A stretch of DNA of 64,000 nt, taken from the NCBI RefSeq assembly GCF_009914755.1, contig NC_060926.1; one strand, given 5' to 3'. Shown one piece after another: positions 13,351 through 27,199 of the stretch; positions within the stretch are counted from its first letter, which is position 1; each line of letters starts with the position of its first letter. Both the position numbers and the translations under genes were made by a program. The DNA comes from the human T2T-CHM13v2.0 reference genome, Homo sapiens. The notes under the pieces were generated by a model, which made no database searches, had not been told where the DNA came from, and saw only the letters and a list, made by a program, of their open reading frames with translations.

Positions 13351-16289
13351 TGCATCATATTCCTACATTTTTATGTAAATCTAGCCAATATTAAAACACT
13401 CTCTCACAAAACAATTGCAATTTAAGAAAATAATCTACAATATTTTTAAAAAACTTAAAGGCATATGGCATGACTTTTCAAAATTTTGACTTACCCATGG
13501 TATACTGTCGGGACTCTGGGCTTTTAAAATAGATTAGGTGGTAATACTGTGTTTTGGTTTGTATCTGGTAAAATAGCACCAATATCAAGTGTATTATTTT
13601 TCTTTAGCACTTTAAATGTTCCATATGCCATCCTTGGCATATTTAAACCTCATTTTATTTTATATGCAATTTAATAATTTAGGTTGCAGATGCCTATTGC
13701 TTTAGTTTTATTTGTGCTGTCATATTTTGAAGTAGGTGTTGCTTACACTTCAAATAATTTTTGTAATTCATTATTATTTGGTTTATTTCACTGAATGGTA
13801 ATGCTTCTATTTTTACATTATCAATATTTAATCTTGATAGATAGCTTTATTGTAAAAAATGAAATAAGAAATTTACTGCACTGGAGCATGATAAAACATT
13901 TTAAAATGTCTCTACTTGATAATATTTGTGTTTTATAGGGATTCTTCTTCTATACACAGAAGCTTTTCACATTTACTTTTTAAAAATGACTGATGAAAAC
14001 AAGTACTTAAAAACATTCTCCCCATCCAGGTGATGGTGTTCTAACATTGTATCACTTTGAATTTGAAGAGCATAATGAAACTTTGGACCCTTAGGTTGTG
14101 TGAATTAACATTTGAAAGAAAGAAGGAGTTGGAAATGAGGTTGGTAAATAATCCCTATGAAAGAATCACAATAGTGAAACTATCTCCAAACATGCACACT
14201 CAAACTACCCTCCAAGTTTTGTATATTCGAATGCATTTGTCAATTTATCTTGTGATGTAGCAGAATCATCACCAATCACACGTTCCCTGAGGTTAACAAG
14301 CTTTCTTTCTAAAAATAAAAATGTTTAGGAGGTTAAAGAATCATTATTCATTCCATACCATTGACTAATTGAGCGCCATTCTTCCCTCTCTTTCTTGTGC
14401 AAATTTATTTGGTAATATTTACAGAGAGAAGAGAATGGAGCAAGGAATTCTAGAAAAAAAATAATTGAGCGATTGGCAAGTCTGACCAGGGTGGCATAAT
14501 CAGGGTCTTTGAACAGTATGTAGTGATACAGTGATAAGACACCATAGAGAACTTTTTGAGGGGTGTGTGAGTATGCGTGTATGAGAGAGAAAGAGAGATT
14601 GGGACTGAAAGGAAATGGGAAGATGCTTGCTCTTTGGCTTTTAGCCCAGACTCCATTGAATGTAATGGATTTCCAATAAGATTTTCTTCCCTAGAAAATG
14701 ACATTCAATTCAATTCCAAAAATATAGCCATTGTGTTTCCACTATATGTAAAACATTATGACAACTCAGAAAAACAAATAAACAGTGCTAACCTTTTTCA
14801 CATATTTATAGATAGTCCAAATAAGAAGACATATAATGATTTAATTTTTCAACTTATATAATAACAAAACCACAGAACTTTTATAACTAGAAGAAAACTT
14901 AGACATGCTGTATCTTAATTTCCTCAGCCCAAGAAAAAAGGAACTGAGTCCAAGTGAGGAAAATGATTTGCCAAGAGTTCCAGAGAAATATCCTAACATT
15001 ATCCACCTGTCCAAAATAAATGTATATCAATGAGAAGAAAAACAGGTTAAAAGGCAGGCCAGAAGTATACTATGATTACTATTGTTCCAAATTTGTTTAT
15101 AAACAACTAGTATAATTATATATGCTATCTGATACAGAATCTCTTTGACCCTAGCTTGGCTATGAGATACAATTGTGAACTCTTGATTCATTTTTCATCA
15201 AGGTGAGGCTTTATCAGGCTTCTCATTTTTCTTAGAAATTCCACAATTTTCTTAACTCATTGTGAAAATGAATGAGAAGATAGTCATTATCAATAGAGTT
15301 TCCAAAAGTGTCTTCAGAGTGGACACTAAGATGACAAAGTTAGCCAACTGGCAGATTCTAACGCACAATTAAGGCCAATTGGAAATTCTCAATGTTCTCC
15401 ATGAGCCTTGTACACATAGTCCAGTCAGAGCAAGGGCCAACACTCTCCATAGCAATTGTTGAGTATCAGCTGCCTGTTGAAAATGGTGTTTTGAGTTGCT
15501 TCTTAAAATCTCTCTTACAATGATCAGGAGATAACTCAGATAGATATGATATATTTTAAACTAGTGTAAAACACCTAAAGACTGAATGCTCATCAATTTC
15601 ACTGCAGAAGCTTGTCTTATAACTTTTTCCCAAGCCACAGAAATCTTCACTTAGTTCTTTTCTTGGTCAGCTCATTTAAAGATTCTTTCTCACATCAAAG
15701 TGATGTAATCCAAAAACATTCTTGTCACCCAGTGGCATCAATTTATTGCAATCTCACAATTTCCCCAGGAATCTCTCCCTGGTTAAATGATCTGCCTCTC
15801 AAGCCGGTTCTTGTTAAATTTTACCCCTTTATTCATTGTATTTTGGGAATGAGTCCAAAGGTACAATGAGTCTCAGATGAAGGACTAATAAGCCTATGAA
15901 CTTCCCTGCAGAAGTACCGCATCTACTGCACTCTGATTGAGGTGCGCCTCTGAGAATTAGCTACATTTTGCAATCATGAAATCTTAGGGGCCAAGGCATA
16001 CATGCGTCTGGATTTACTGATCTTCTCAGTTGTATAACCTAATGAATAAGTATCCTGTTATGGAGCAGGCCAGAATTTAGGAGCTTAAGTGTGGACCTTA
16101 TAATTTTCTGTCTGACTTTAACAACAAATAATTACAGTGCATGACCCTTTCTGGGTCCAAGGTTTGAAGGTTATGTTTCATTTATATATCCAGAAAAAAC
16201 AACAGACATGTTAACTGGCTAATCATTCTTCCTCACATCTATTGCAAAATATAGAAAATGATGGAAAGAAGGTAATCACAAAATACACA

Positions 16290-16500
16290 GAACTTGGCTC
16301 AAATTCTGGTTCTTAAACAAACCAATTAGCTTTGTGACATCTGGGAAATTAGCTATCTCTTTTAATCTGCCTCATTTGTGAAATCAGAATCAGACAGCAT
16401 GTACCACATAAGTTGATCCTCTAGATTAAAATATTTAAGATATGTGAAGTACAGTACCTGTGACATATGGAAGTGCACGATAATAAATGTTAATTAGTCC
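16290..16500 (+). mobile_element. MIR SINE
   Basis: ggctcaaattctggttc...tagctttgtgacatctgggaaatta...cctcatttgtgaaat...aataaatgttaatta. Confidence 0.65.
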
Positions 16501-17404
16501 CCTTATTTCCATGTTCTTCTTCACAAATTGAAAAATGTGTTGAATGAAGTAATGCTTAATATGAACACTAAGCAATCTATATGTGTAACAACTCTAGAAA
16601 TACAGATGTGTTTGGATAAAAGCAACATAACAGGATTATCATTGTTCATTAATTTGTCATCAGTTGTAAATGCAACAGAGATAATCTATTTATGGACAAC
16701 TGTATGTTCCTGATATCCATATTTGGTATTTAGTATTTCTTCAGATTCTCTTTCAATATAGCATAACAAGTGTTAATACTTAAATGTGTAGGTAAGGCTC
16801 TACCTGCAAAAGATTACTTATGCCGTTATACCTAGACTTCTATTGGGTTAAAAGAAAATGAAATTGCCTAATTCAACAAAATTTGCGATATCATAAACTT
16901 TATTTTTGCATTTGAATACTCAGTAGAAATCAAGGGGAAAGTCTGTCAAGTAAATAATTAAATAAGTAGAGATGGCAAAAATTAGCCTCTGTAGGCAAAT
17001 TTGACATAGCATTGACAAAATACCAGGACCTGATCTCAAATTGAGTTCAGCAGAAGGTTGGAGCATAAAGCAACAGGTAACTATGGAGAGAACATAAACC
17101 TCTTTATGTAGCCCTAAAAATATTGGGGTTTGCTTATTTGGGTTTTATTAATGGTGATTCCAAAAGGAACATACTACCATGTACATGGAGTAAAGTTCTA
17201 AAATTTAATTAGCAAGTGGGAAGAACTGATATATCCCAGTGCTTTATCTTCTTCCTTTGAATATCATTTCAGAATGTGTTCAGTAAAATGGAGCGAATAT
17301 GTGTGAAAATAATTTTAAACTGTTTTCATTTTGTATTATTGATATTGGTTTATAAAATTTAGAATACAGCCTTTAACCTTACCTTTCCCTTCTCCCTCTA
17401 GAAT

Positions 17405-17485
17405 AAATACATGCAGACACACTTACATACGGTCACAGGGACACACACATACACACACACAGACACTCACACACACTCACACACA
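17405..17485. repeat. Imperfect (CA)n microsatellite
   Basis: Interrupted CA runs seen directly. Confidence 0.8.
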
Positions 17486-18004
17486 ACCAGACTTGATCAT
17501 GTTTTTACAAGCAGAAGACGGAAGCAGATGGTAGAAACCGTGCATTCCTAGCAACAGATTTTGAGACCACAATATTATTCTAGCAAAACAACAAAACATA
17601 CCACTTATATAAACTGATCAATATATAACTCATTAATAAGTCTAAATATTTGTAGCAATTTACTAAATAATTAAATTAGTGGTGATCTAGACAAAGTTAA
17701 TAATATATTCTGCTTGAGTCTCCACCCTCAGATTATTTTACTTTTCCAGAGAAGATGGAAGAGAAATAGAAATAATTTAATTTTCTTTGGCAAGGAAAAT
17801 TACTCAAAAAAGACCAGAGGAAATAGATATTTTTAAAAGACAGAACTGAGCATGGGGCTAGTGTTTACCTAACATAAAAGAACATCTAAAAACAAAATCA
17901 AATAAGCAAACAAGAAAGCTGCTTCCTATTATTCACAACACAAGAGCATCCCTAATACAGATTTTTAGATTTGGAGAACACAGGATTCTAGCCTATTAGA
18001 GAGA

Positions 18005-18006
<2 letters not shown>

Positions 18007-18043
<37 letters not shown>

Positions 18044-18044
18044 G

Positions 18045-18079
<35 letters not shown>

Positions 18080-18090
18080 AAGAGAGAGAG
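18007..18090. repeat. Compound (AC)n(AG)n microsatellite
   Basis: AC run 18007-18060 with two AG interruptions, then AG run 18061-18090. Confidence 0.97.
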
Positions 18091-18879
18091 TTCAAATGCA
18101 TTTTTGTTACCTAGAGAAACAATAAGCCTCCAGGAGAGTACAAGAAACAAAATACTCAAAGAGCTGAAATATTGAGGGAGAAATTGATATTGCTGTGGTG
18201 TTTGTTTATAATATCAGAGTCTATGTAAAGAACCTCAGGCTGATACAAATGAATAATAAACTAGCAGACTGTCAAACTATCTTTTTATGTCTTCAAAATC
18301 TAATGGAGATAAAGCTTAGCGTAGTGGTCAGATTTGGTAATTCAATGAGTGGTCAGTGTCCACAAGCTGAACATAAAACATTAGTACGTCAGGAAAGGAT
18401 TTCGAAGGGTCATTTTTCTTCTCTTGGCATGATTTTCTTTAATGAAAAAGAGAAGCTGTGATTTTACACTCTGCCAAAATTTATTTTGATTCAGTTAGGC
18501 TCCACAGAATCTATTATTTAGACCATACTTTTGCAAAATCTTGCCTAAATTCCCATAATTTGTTATATGCTCTTGAAAAACAAGATAAAACCAATATCAC
18601 ATAAGACTGTCTGAGAGTTCTGGGCCAGAGGAAGTTTTTCCGTTTGGGGCCTGATTTTCCCCCCATTCTTAAATATTTTGATTCAAATTTTAGAATGCAA
18701 AAATCCGCCGAATGTCATTATTTATGAGCAGCTTGAGAATAGTGGCTTGTAATACCAATTCACATGACCCCATAAATAAATTGATTTATTTTCCTCCTTA
18801 ACACATTAGAATAACCTGTTAATCAAGCAAAGTCTAGTTTATTATTGTGGTCTTAATAGTTGCTCAGATAAGAGAGATC

Positions 18880-19330
18880 AAGAGTGGATAATCATAGGGT
18901 GTAGGGGTTTTGGGTTGGAATATTTTAAGGTGGGTCTTTCCATGTGTGGATGTAATTGATTTGGCCAAACTTTGTATTATAATAGTTTATTTATCATTGA
19001 TGAACACAGTGATGATATAGTCTTTATGGGTAAATAGTTGATAAGGAAGCAAGTTAGTTCAGTAAAGTGATCTAATGTCCTAAGCAGGGCTCTTTACCTG
19101 AGGTGCAAATTGTATCCCAACGAAAAAAACTGGTTTAACAGTTTATTGTTTGGGTAAATGGAATGTGAGGGAGTTCCTGAGGCTAGCAAGAACATTATTT
19201 ACCATTTTTACTGCTTTATCTTCTTGGTAAAAAATTTCTATAACAAACAATAGAGTCATTTTGATATAGAGACCCTGTTCTTCATCCTCATAATTAAGCT
19301 ACGGAACTGCAGATATCTCAGTTTTCAATA
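18880..19330. mobile_element. Ancient LTR, LTR78-like
   Basis: gtgggtctttccatgtgtgg...ttggccaaactttgtattataatagttt resembles my recollection of LTR78. Weak. Confidence 0.35.
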
Positions 19331-19387
19331 ATGAATTCACATGATCCAAAACATCAATATAGCCACATATATTTAAATATATACTAA

Positions 19388-19437
19388 TCAAACGTGCACA
19401 TGTACTCCCTGATTCTAAAATATAAGTTGAAAAAAAA
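19388..19437 (+). mobile_element. Severely 5'-truncated L1 3' terminus (older L1PA/L1PB)
   Basis: caaacgtgcacatgtactccctgattctaaaatataagttgaaaaaaaa matches the last ~45 nt of L1 plus an A tail. Confidence 0.7.
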
Positions 19438-20188
19438 GATTAAAAAGTAATAAATAAATACCAGAATCCTTTATGAGGAATACAGAACTATCTTCTTAGT
19501 CTCAGATCCACTCTAGAAAACAGAGTTTAGTTGATAAACGTAGAAAAGAAAGATCAAATGTGTTTCATGTAAACATGACAATTTAATATCTTAAGACGTT
19601 AAGCCAATACAAGCACAAGCCAACAGGCAGAAGAGTGGGAAGAAGATATTTTGTCCTCCCTCTGAGACATTACAATATGAGAGCTGAGCTGGAAAATACC
19701 AAAATAATCCTGAACCCATACAGCCTGAAGAAGGTGAAGTGAAAGAGCAAAGTATAACAGCAGAAACTATGGGACTTTCCTTTTGTATGATGAGAGAGGC
19801 AACTCCCAAGTACAAATAGTGAAACATGTGTTCTAGATCACATGTTTGTATCCTTTATCATGACTCAGAGTCCAGCACAGCAATATTGGAGGAAGGGAGG
19901 GTGCAGGTGGGCTGTGTGAGCAGAAGTTTCTAGCATCACTTCAGCCCTGTGGGTATATATGTGCTGTGATAAGGGAAGTGGCCTGGAGTCAGGAGTGAGC
20001 GGAAGAATAATTACCTTCTCTTTGATCTCAACTGTGGTGAAGGAACATTTAGATCCCTTCATCACAACTTCAGAATAAATCTGAGGGGGTGGAAAAAGGA
20101 AAAGATTTATTTCTGTGTAAAAAGAGATAACATTTAGATTCTTGCTGGATTGGATTGTATTTCCTTGTGCTTGACTGGTATGTGTGTT

Positions 20189-20191
<3 letters not shown>

Positions 20192-20223
<32 letters not shown>
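20192..20223. repeat. (CT)16 microsatellite
   Basis: Seen directly. Confidence 0.97.
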
Positions 20224-20229
<6 letters not shown>

Positions 20230-23200
20230 GAATGACATAGATTATATAAAGAGATAAAATATATTTGCATTCTCTAAAAGCAGTGTATATTTTCTCATAT
20301 AATTACCCAACGAACTTACAGATATAACAAGTTTGACATGGGGATGCAAGTCCAGAATATTATCTGAATGGCCTTGATCAAGTCATATTTTGATTTTAGT
20401 TTCTATTTAAAAATACTTATGAACAGCCAAAATTTGTGTAACACTTTAAACTTTTTATAAAATATTTTTACTTGTAACACCAGAATTTTCAACCTTTAAT
20501 GAAAACTTGTCTGAAAGGTAAATATAAACAGGCAAGTAAGAGACATATGTTATGGGTTAGATATTTCCAAGGGACTAAAAATACTATGAAATCTTTAACA
20601 TGTAAAATGCATATTTTCCCAAGAATTACACAATGAATAAATGATTGTTGAAATATGAGTGAAACAATAAAACACATTTCTAAATAATTTTTTTGCCTAA
20701 ATTTCTTCTTAGCTTACCTGAAGTTATGCTTATTTGGTTTAACCATCAAAATAGTTACCAGAAAATAATTTGGTTTAAGCATCAAAAGAAGAACTTGATG
20801 ATGAAGACTCTTGTAAGTGAGTGAAGAAGGGAGTCACTAAGATATTGTGAGGCTGATTTTGACAGCTTCACATAAATAGGACGCATCATTTAAAATAAAT
20901 ATGAACTTTTTTCTACTAATAAAAAAGGCAGAAATATTTTGTTCCCAAATAAAATGTTCAACAGACATACAAACCCTACGTCTAAAGTTGTTTTTTAATT
21001 TCGTAATTTTAAAGATTTCTTTAATCCTTCCACTACTACCAATCCTCTGCTAGGATCTTCAGTGACGTGTTTTCAAGTTTTAGTCTTTTCTTTTCCTTCA
21101 AACATATTCAATCAATTTCTGATCAATAAATGTCAAAATGATAACAAATGACAAAAATTTACTACCTTTAAAGTACTTAATGATGTCCATATTTCTCTCA
21201 AATAATCATCAAAGAATTAGCACTTTTACATTTCCTTTCTATACTCATTTTTATAAAATGATATCAAAGGACAATAAAATATTCAAATAGCTTTAAGACG
21301 CACTGTCATACATGTTAAAAATGGTTACTTTGCTGAAACAAGAATATTGGCAATCAGTTTTCACCATCTCAATTAAGAGATGCTTGTATGGTGCAAGGTT
21401 GCCATTTTTTCCCTGCATCCAAATTCTCAATTTGAAGTTTGTCTGTCTCTATTTCTTTTCTTCTCTAAATTACTAGAACTTGGAAAACATCAAGAGAGTA
21501 GAGGCCTTGGGTTGTTCAGCTCTGTGTCCTCTTGCACAGAATAATTTTGTAACATGTTTGGCACATGATTAATGTTTGTAAAATTAGTGAGGAGACACAA
21601 TTCTTCCGTGCTGCACAAAGTTTTGCTCACTGTCTATTCTTTGCAATAGATACAGCAAACAATAGTTAGCCACCATAGAAACATATCCCATGATTTGGCA
21701 GTGGAACAGACAAAGGAGTAGCTGAACTCAGAGACTGCAAACTTCACAGGCCAGACAATTGAAGGAGATGTCAAAAAGAGAGGAAAAGTTAGTCTGGGTG
21801 CCAAGTAGCAGGGGAAACATCCATTTCTTGGAAAGCATTAAGTGAAAAAGAAAGATGACAGGTCCCAGTTCCACAGAAGCTGAAATCATATGGAGGGAAT
21901 GAGAGTGGGCTCTCTAGTATGAAAGGGAAAAAGGGTAGTGATGCTTGAATGCAAAGCACTGATTTGATCACCAGCAAGATTTCTGTTACTGGGACTTGAG
22001 CAAAAGTAAGATATGGTCAACATCAAACTTGTACTGATATTCACTTCTGAAAATCCTGATCTTTGGTTTCTTAAATTTTGACAATCTTGAGGGAAAAAAC
22101 TGTTTCAGATAATAGAGTAGGATGAAAGCTATATATAAGGTTAACCTCAGCTTCTAAGAAAATCATCACCCAAGGACTAGAAACTGTGATGGTGGATAAC
22201 CAATATTCCTGTAATTATTGCTAGTGTGTTAGATGTACCTGCCAGATTTATTAGAGTTTAGCAGGTTCTACTAATGATTTTAAAAATATGGTTCCAAACC
22301 TAGGACAAATCTTCTCTAAACATGTATAGCAGAAGAATTAAGAGGAGAGTAAAAGAGGACAAGAGATGTGACTTTATTTTAAATATAATCCTGATTTTGC
22401 TATTAAATTTTTAACAAAAATAACTAAACAAATTGCAGCCATGGATTGTTATGTCTGTCTAAAGTGAATTAAAAAAACATATATTTGAATATCTATCTCC
22501 CTTAGTTATTACTTTAATTAAAAAAATAGGAAATTACTTTTGCCTCTGAATTAAATATATGCTTAATATGTAAAACCTATGCAATAACATTAACATATAT
22601 AAGGCATACACATATATAAGTGGTTATAATATAGGGAATTATAGCCACACTGGAAGTGGTAATCTTTATAGTACTTATGTGGGTCAAAAGAAATACTTTC
22701 TGCATAGAATTCTTCTTAATCTTCAGGCGTAGACAGGTTGTTATTTTTTTTCCTCCCAAGAGTAAACATCTAATAAATAGCAGAGCCAGTTTCTGAACGT
22801 GAAACTATTTGACTCTGAGGTTCTCTACACTACATGCCTAGAAAACTTATGATATTAATCTCTAAGTATTTATCAATTAACATAATATTTGTTCCTATAC
22901 AATAACTAAATTTATGCTTTTATCACTCTAAAATGAATATAGTTAGAAATGTGTCCACGGAACAGTTGATTTCCATACTGTAATCGTACTATTTTTTTTA
23001 CCTTTGAATCACATATTACTAAAGATAGTTTATTTTTCAATGCTATGGCTTTTCTCTATTAATAAGAATGAGAGTGTGCAGTCTAGGTATTTCATTACTA
23101 GAAATTACACTCCGTCTAATTATCTCTAAATAGACACAGTAGAAAATAAGCTATGTCCACCTAATTATGACAAATCAATTTAAATGAATTTCATCCTAGT

Positions 23201-24483
23201 CTGATGCTTTGTGTCTATGCAGGAATTCAGCCAGTCTGGTCAAGAAGAACAACTGGATCAACTAGGGTGTTTCCCAACTTGAATAAATTCCCTGTTATTA
23301 CTCTCTGTCCAGAATAGATAACTTGAATCTTTCAGCAGAAACTCTGTGGAGTATTGATCTTAAAAGGAGGATTTTGAGGGTTGAGTGTTCTAATTCTAGA
23401 CTGTCAAGAAAAAAAAATCAGAAACGAGGATCAAGTTATCATATTCAGATTTAAAACTCAGAGGTCAAACAGATAATGATGTAAAAAATAGTAGATGAAA
23501 TTTATAAGAGGAAGCCTCCTGGGTTGGACAGTAAGCTAGAGCAAGGCAAAGGCAGAAAAATCAGCAGGAAAGACAGCCCAGGCGATGAAAATTTTAGAGC
23601 TGTCGTAAGAATATATTTCCCTGGTCCTTTCATGCATCCCAACCCTACTCCCATTGCTGCAGGGTTAGGACACCAGCTAATTTGATGATACCGTGCCTAG
23701 TCTCCCATAACTTCTTAATTGCTCAGAATGCACCAGTATGAGTTGCTGCATTCCTAAGCAGTCAAGAAATAGGAGAACAAACTGGTTTGGTATGCTAAAG
23801 GATTACAACTAGAAAAGGTACCAGGAGAGGAAGACACTGGGTTCGGGGTCTGGAACATCTTGTAAGATAGTATTCTCAAATAATTAGTTTTAGTATAAAG
23901 GTTATTGAGATGGACATTTTTTTTTTTAGCAGATGGCCAGGACTTCTCCTTGATATTCTATTTTTACAGGTATAGTGGGGCCCAAGAATCTAACATTTAA
24001 TATATTCCCAGGGTAATTTTTATGATTAGGAATGGTTGATAAACACTAGTACATGATAGGATGAAAATAGTAGGAGAAAATACTAAGAATAGGAGCAGAT
24101 TAATTGCTGATTTTAATTATTTAAGTGAAGGCTATGAGAAGAAGTTGTAGACTTACTAAATGTGGTTCTAGGAAACAACATTCAGAAGTTGGAGAAGCAT
24201 TTTAAATGACTTGTATTATTTTATTGTACGTTAAAGATTCCTGAATAAGTAGAAAATGCTTATTATGGAATAATAGAAAACCAGTTAAACAAAAAGATTA
24301 GGAATAATTAACCATATAATCACTCTGCCAAAAAGTCACTATTAATTTTCCTGTGCAATAATATCTCACATCTCAGGGACATTGTTCTTGAAATGTCTTC
24401 ATCATGTGTGGATAAAATCTGTCTTTACCAAGGTTAAGTTTTTGTAGAAAAAAAGGTTTAGAGAAGTCTTTTCAAAATGGTTT

Positions 24484-25043
24484 TGTCAGTCAGCAGTTTC
24501 CAGAGAGACAAAACCAATAGGATATATGTGTGTATGGGTGCTTGTGTATTTATTCTAGGTTGTAGTTCACATGATTATAAAAGCTGAGAAGTCCCATGAG
24601 CTTCCAGCTGCAAGCTGGAGCACCACGGAAGCCAGCGGTACAATTCAGTCTCACCCCAAAGGCTTGAGAACCAGGCAAGGCTGATGGTGTATACTCAGAT
24701 CTAAATCCAAAAGCCCAAGCACTGGAAGCTCCAACGTCCAAGGGCAAGAGAATACAGCTGTCTCAGATCAAGCAGTGAGAGCAAATTAACCTTTTCCTCT
24801 GCCTTTTTAAAAATGTATAATAGGGTCTCCAAGGATTGGATGATGCCCATCCACATTTTTAAGGGAGATCATCTTTACTCAGTCCACAGATTCAAATGAA
24901 TCTGTGGGATGAGTGAGTGTTTCTTCTGGAAACATTCTCACAAAAACATTCTCACAAACATTAATTCTCCAGAAATAATGTTTGACCAGCTATCTGGCCA
25001 TCCCTTAGCCCAGTCAAGTTGACACGTAAAATTAATCATCACA
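24484..25043 (-). mobile_element. MLT2B-family ERVL solo LTR
   Basis: ccagagagacaaaaccaataggatat...gctgagaagtccca...ccagtcaagttgacacgtaaaattaatcatcaca. Confidence 0.88.
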
Positions 25044-25603
25044 GTGCTGTCAATATATTAAATGGAATAAATAAACATTCATGACAGTCCCCTCTTCCAA
25101 ATCAGCTACATCTGTTAGTATCTAATATTTAATAATAATTCTCCATTTTAAAAAGTCTTAGAAATGAAATATTCTGATTGAACATTTTTGTATTGTTATA
25201 GGATAGGCCCGTGAAGGGGCATAAAAGTAAGTTTGTCCACACTCCGTCCTAGAAAGCAGATATACTTCGATTAAAGTTTGGCCAACTTCCACAATGTTCC
25301 CTTAGTATTGCAGCATTGCCGTTATTGAAGAAAAAAATAAACATTTAAAAATATAAAACAACAATATTCTCCTGAAAGGTCTTCAGGAATTTTTCACAAA
25401 CTATTGCAACCCATTGAGGAAGATTGTTTTACAAACCTTAGGTTGATAACTCCTTTTCTTAATATTTTGAAGCAGCCCACACATAAAATGTCTTATGTAG
25501 TTGTTTTCTCTCTTGCCAAGACAATTTTGACAAAATCTATTTTAAAATACTTGATTTTTCACAGATTATCTTGGTGCTTAAGTCCACATTATCAGACTCT
25601 TAT

Positions 25604-25640
25604 TCTCTCTCTCTCTCTCTCTCTCTCAACACACACACAT
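25604..25640. repeat. (CT)n(CA)n microsatellite
   Basis: Seen directly. Confidence 0.85.
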
Positions 25641-25792
25641 ATGTTATTTAGAAAAAAAGAATGACTAGTTTATGCATAGACAATTGCATTTCTGACCAAG
25701 TTTGTGAGGCTGTCATTATAAAATATATTAACTAAATACTTAGTGATTTTTGGTAGCCATACTTTAAATGTAGAGCTTGTATATTCAGATCA

Positions 25793-26252
<460 letters not shown>

Positions 26253-27199
26253 CTAACAGGGGAAATGCTAACAACCAAGGACCATGCATGCTCTACTAAC
26301 TGATGGTGTGTTTCATCTCTTACTCTGTCAGATATGAGGGTGTCAGATATGAGGGTAAGTTTCTATCAAAATTACCATTGATAAAGTCCTGGAGCATAGA
26401 TATGTTTATAGAAGAAACTTCTAGCAAGAAATGCCTGGGATGCTAAAGGAAGTAAAAGTAATCACTTTTCATTCTTGGAGTCACCATCTGGGGAAATGTA
26501 AGACAGTATTTTTAAAGCCTTAGCTACCACTTCATTACAAACACTTCATTAGTGTTTTTCAGCTGCTCATTTGTCTCTTTTCTCTCCACCTGCACATCCT
26601 CCCAGCCAATTTTCAATAATGGCTGTCCCTTTTCCCAGCCCTCACTGTGCCAAGCACTGGACAGATTCTGAAAGGCTTTGCTTCAAAGTGAAATGGAGAA
26701 TTTGGCTAGGACTTAGCTGCCATGGAGACATCCTCGATATTTTGCTTCCAATACACATTTGTCTGAATCAAAGCATTTTTTTTTTTTCCATTTTGTTTTT
26801 TTCTTAGTGGTTCCTCTTCCTTCCCAACTGCTCCAAAGCCATGCCTACCAATTTGTGAATTAAAGAAACCAGGCTTTTCTTTGTTTCCAGCTTTCACTTG
26901 TTTAGCATAATTTAAACACTTTTTTCATTTTGAAGTCTATGGCATTTACTTATACAACTCTCTATCTTTATTTCATCTACCATCTTCCTGAATTATCTTT
27001 TATTTCTTCAGAATCTATTTAACTGACTTCATTTCCATCCAATCATCTGACTTCAGCTTTTGCACAGAGGACTCACCTAACAGCCTATGTATACTTAGAC
27101 TACTCACTTCAAAATATCCTAATTTACCTTTTCAAGTCACAATAATCACAACTCTGTATCACAACCGTTTGAAACTTTTCTTGATTCAACCTGAAAAAA

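Noticed and set aside
17177-17188. 12-bp palindrome ccatgtacatgg
   Set aside because: Expected by chance in 64 kb and does not fit a full p53 element.
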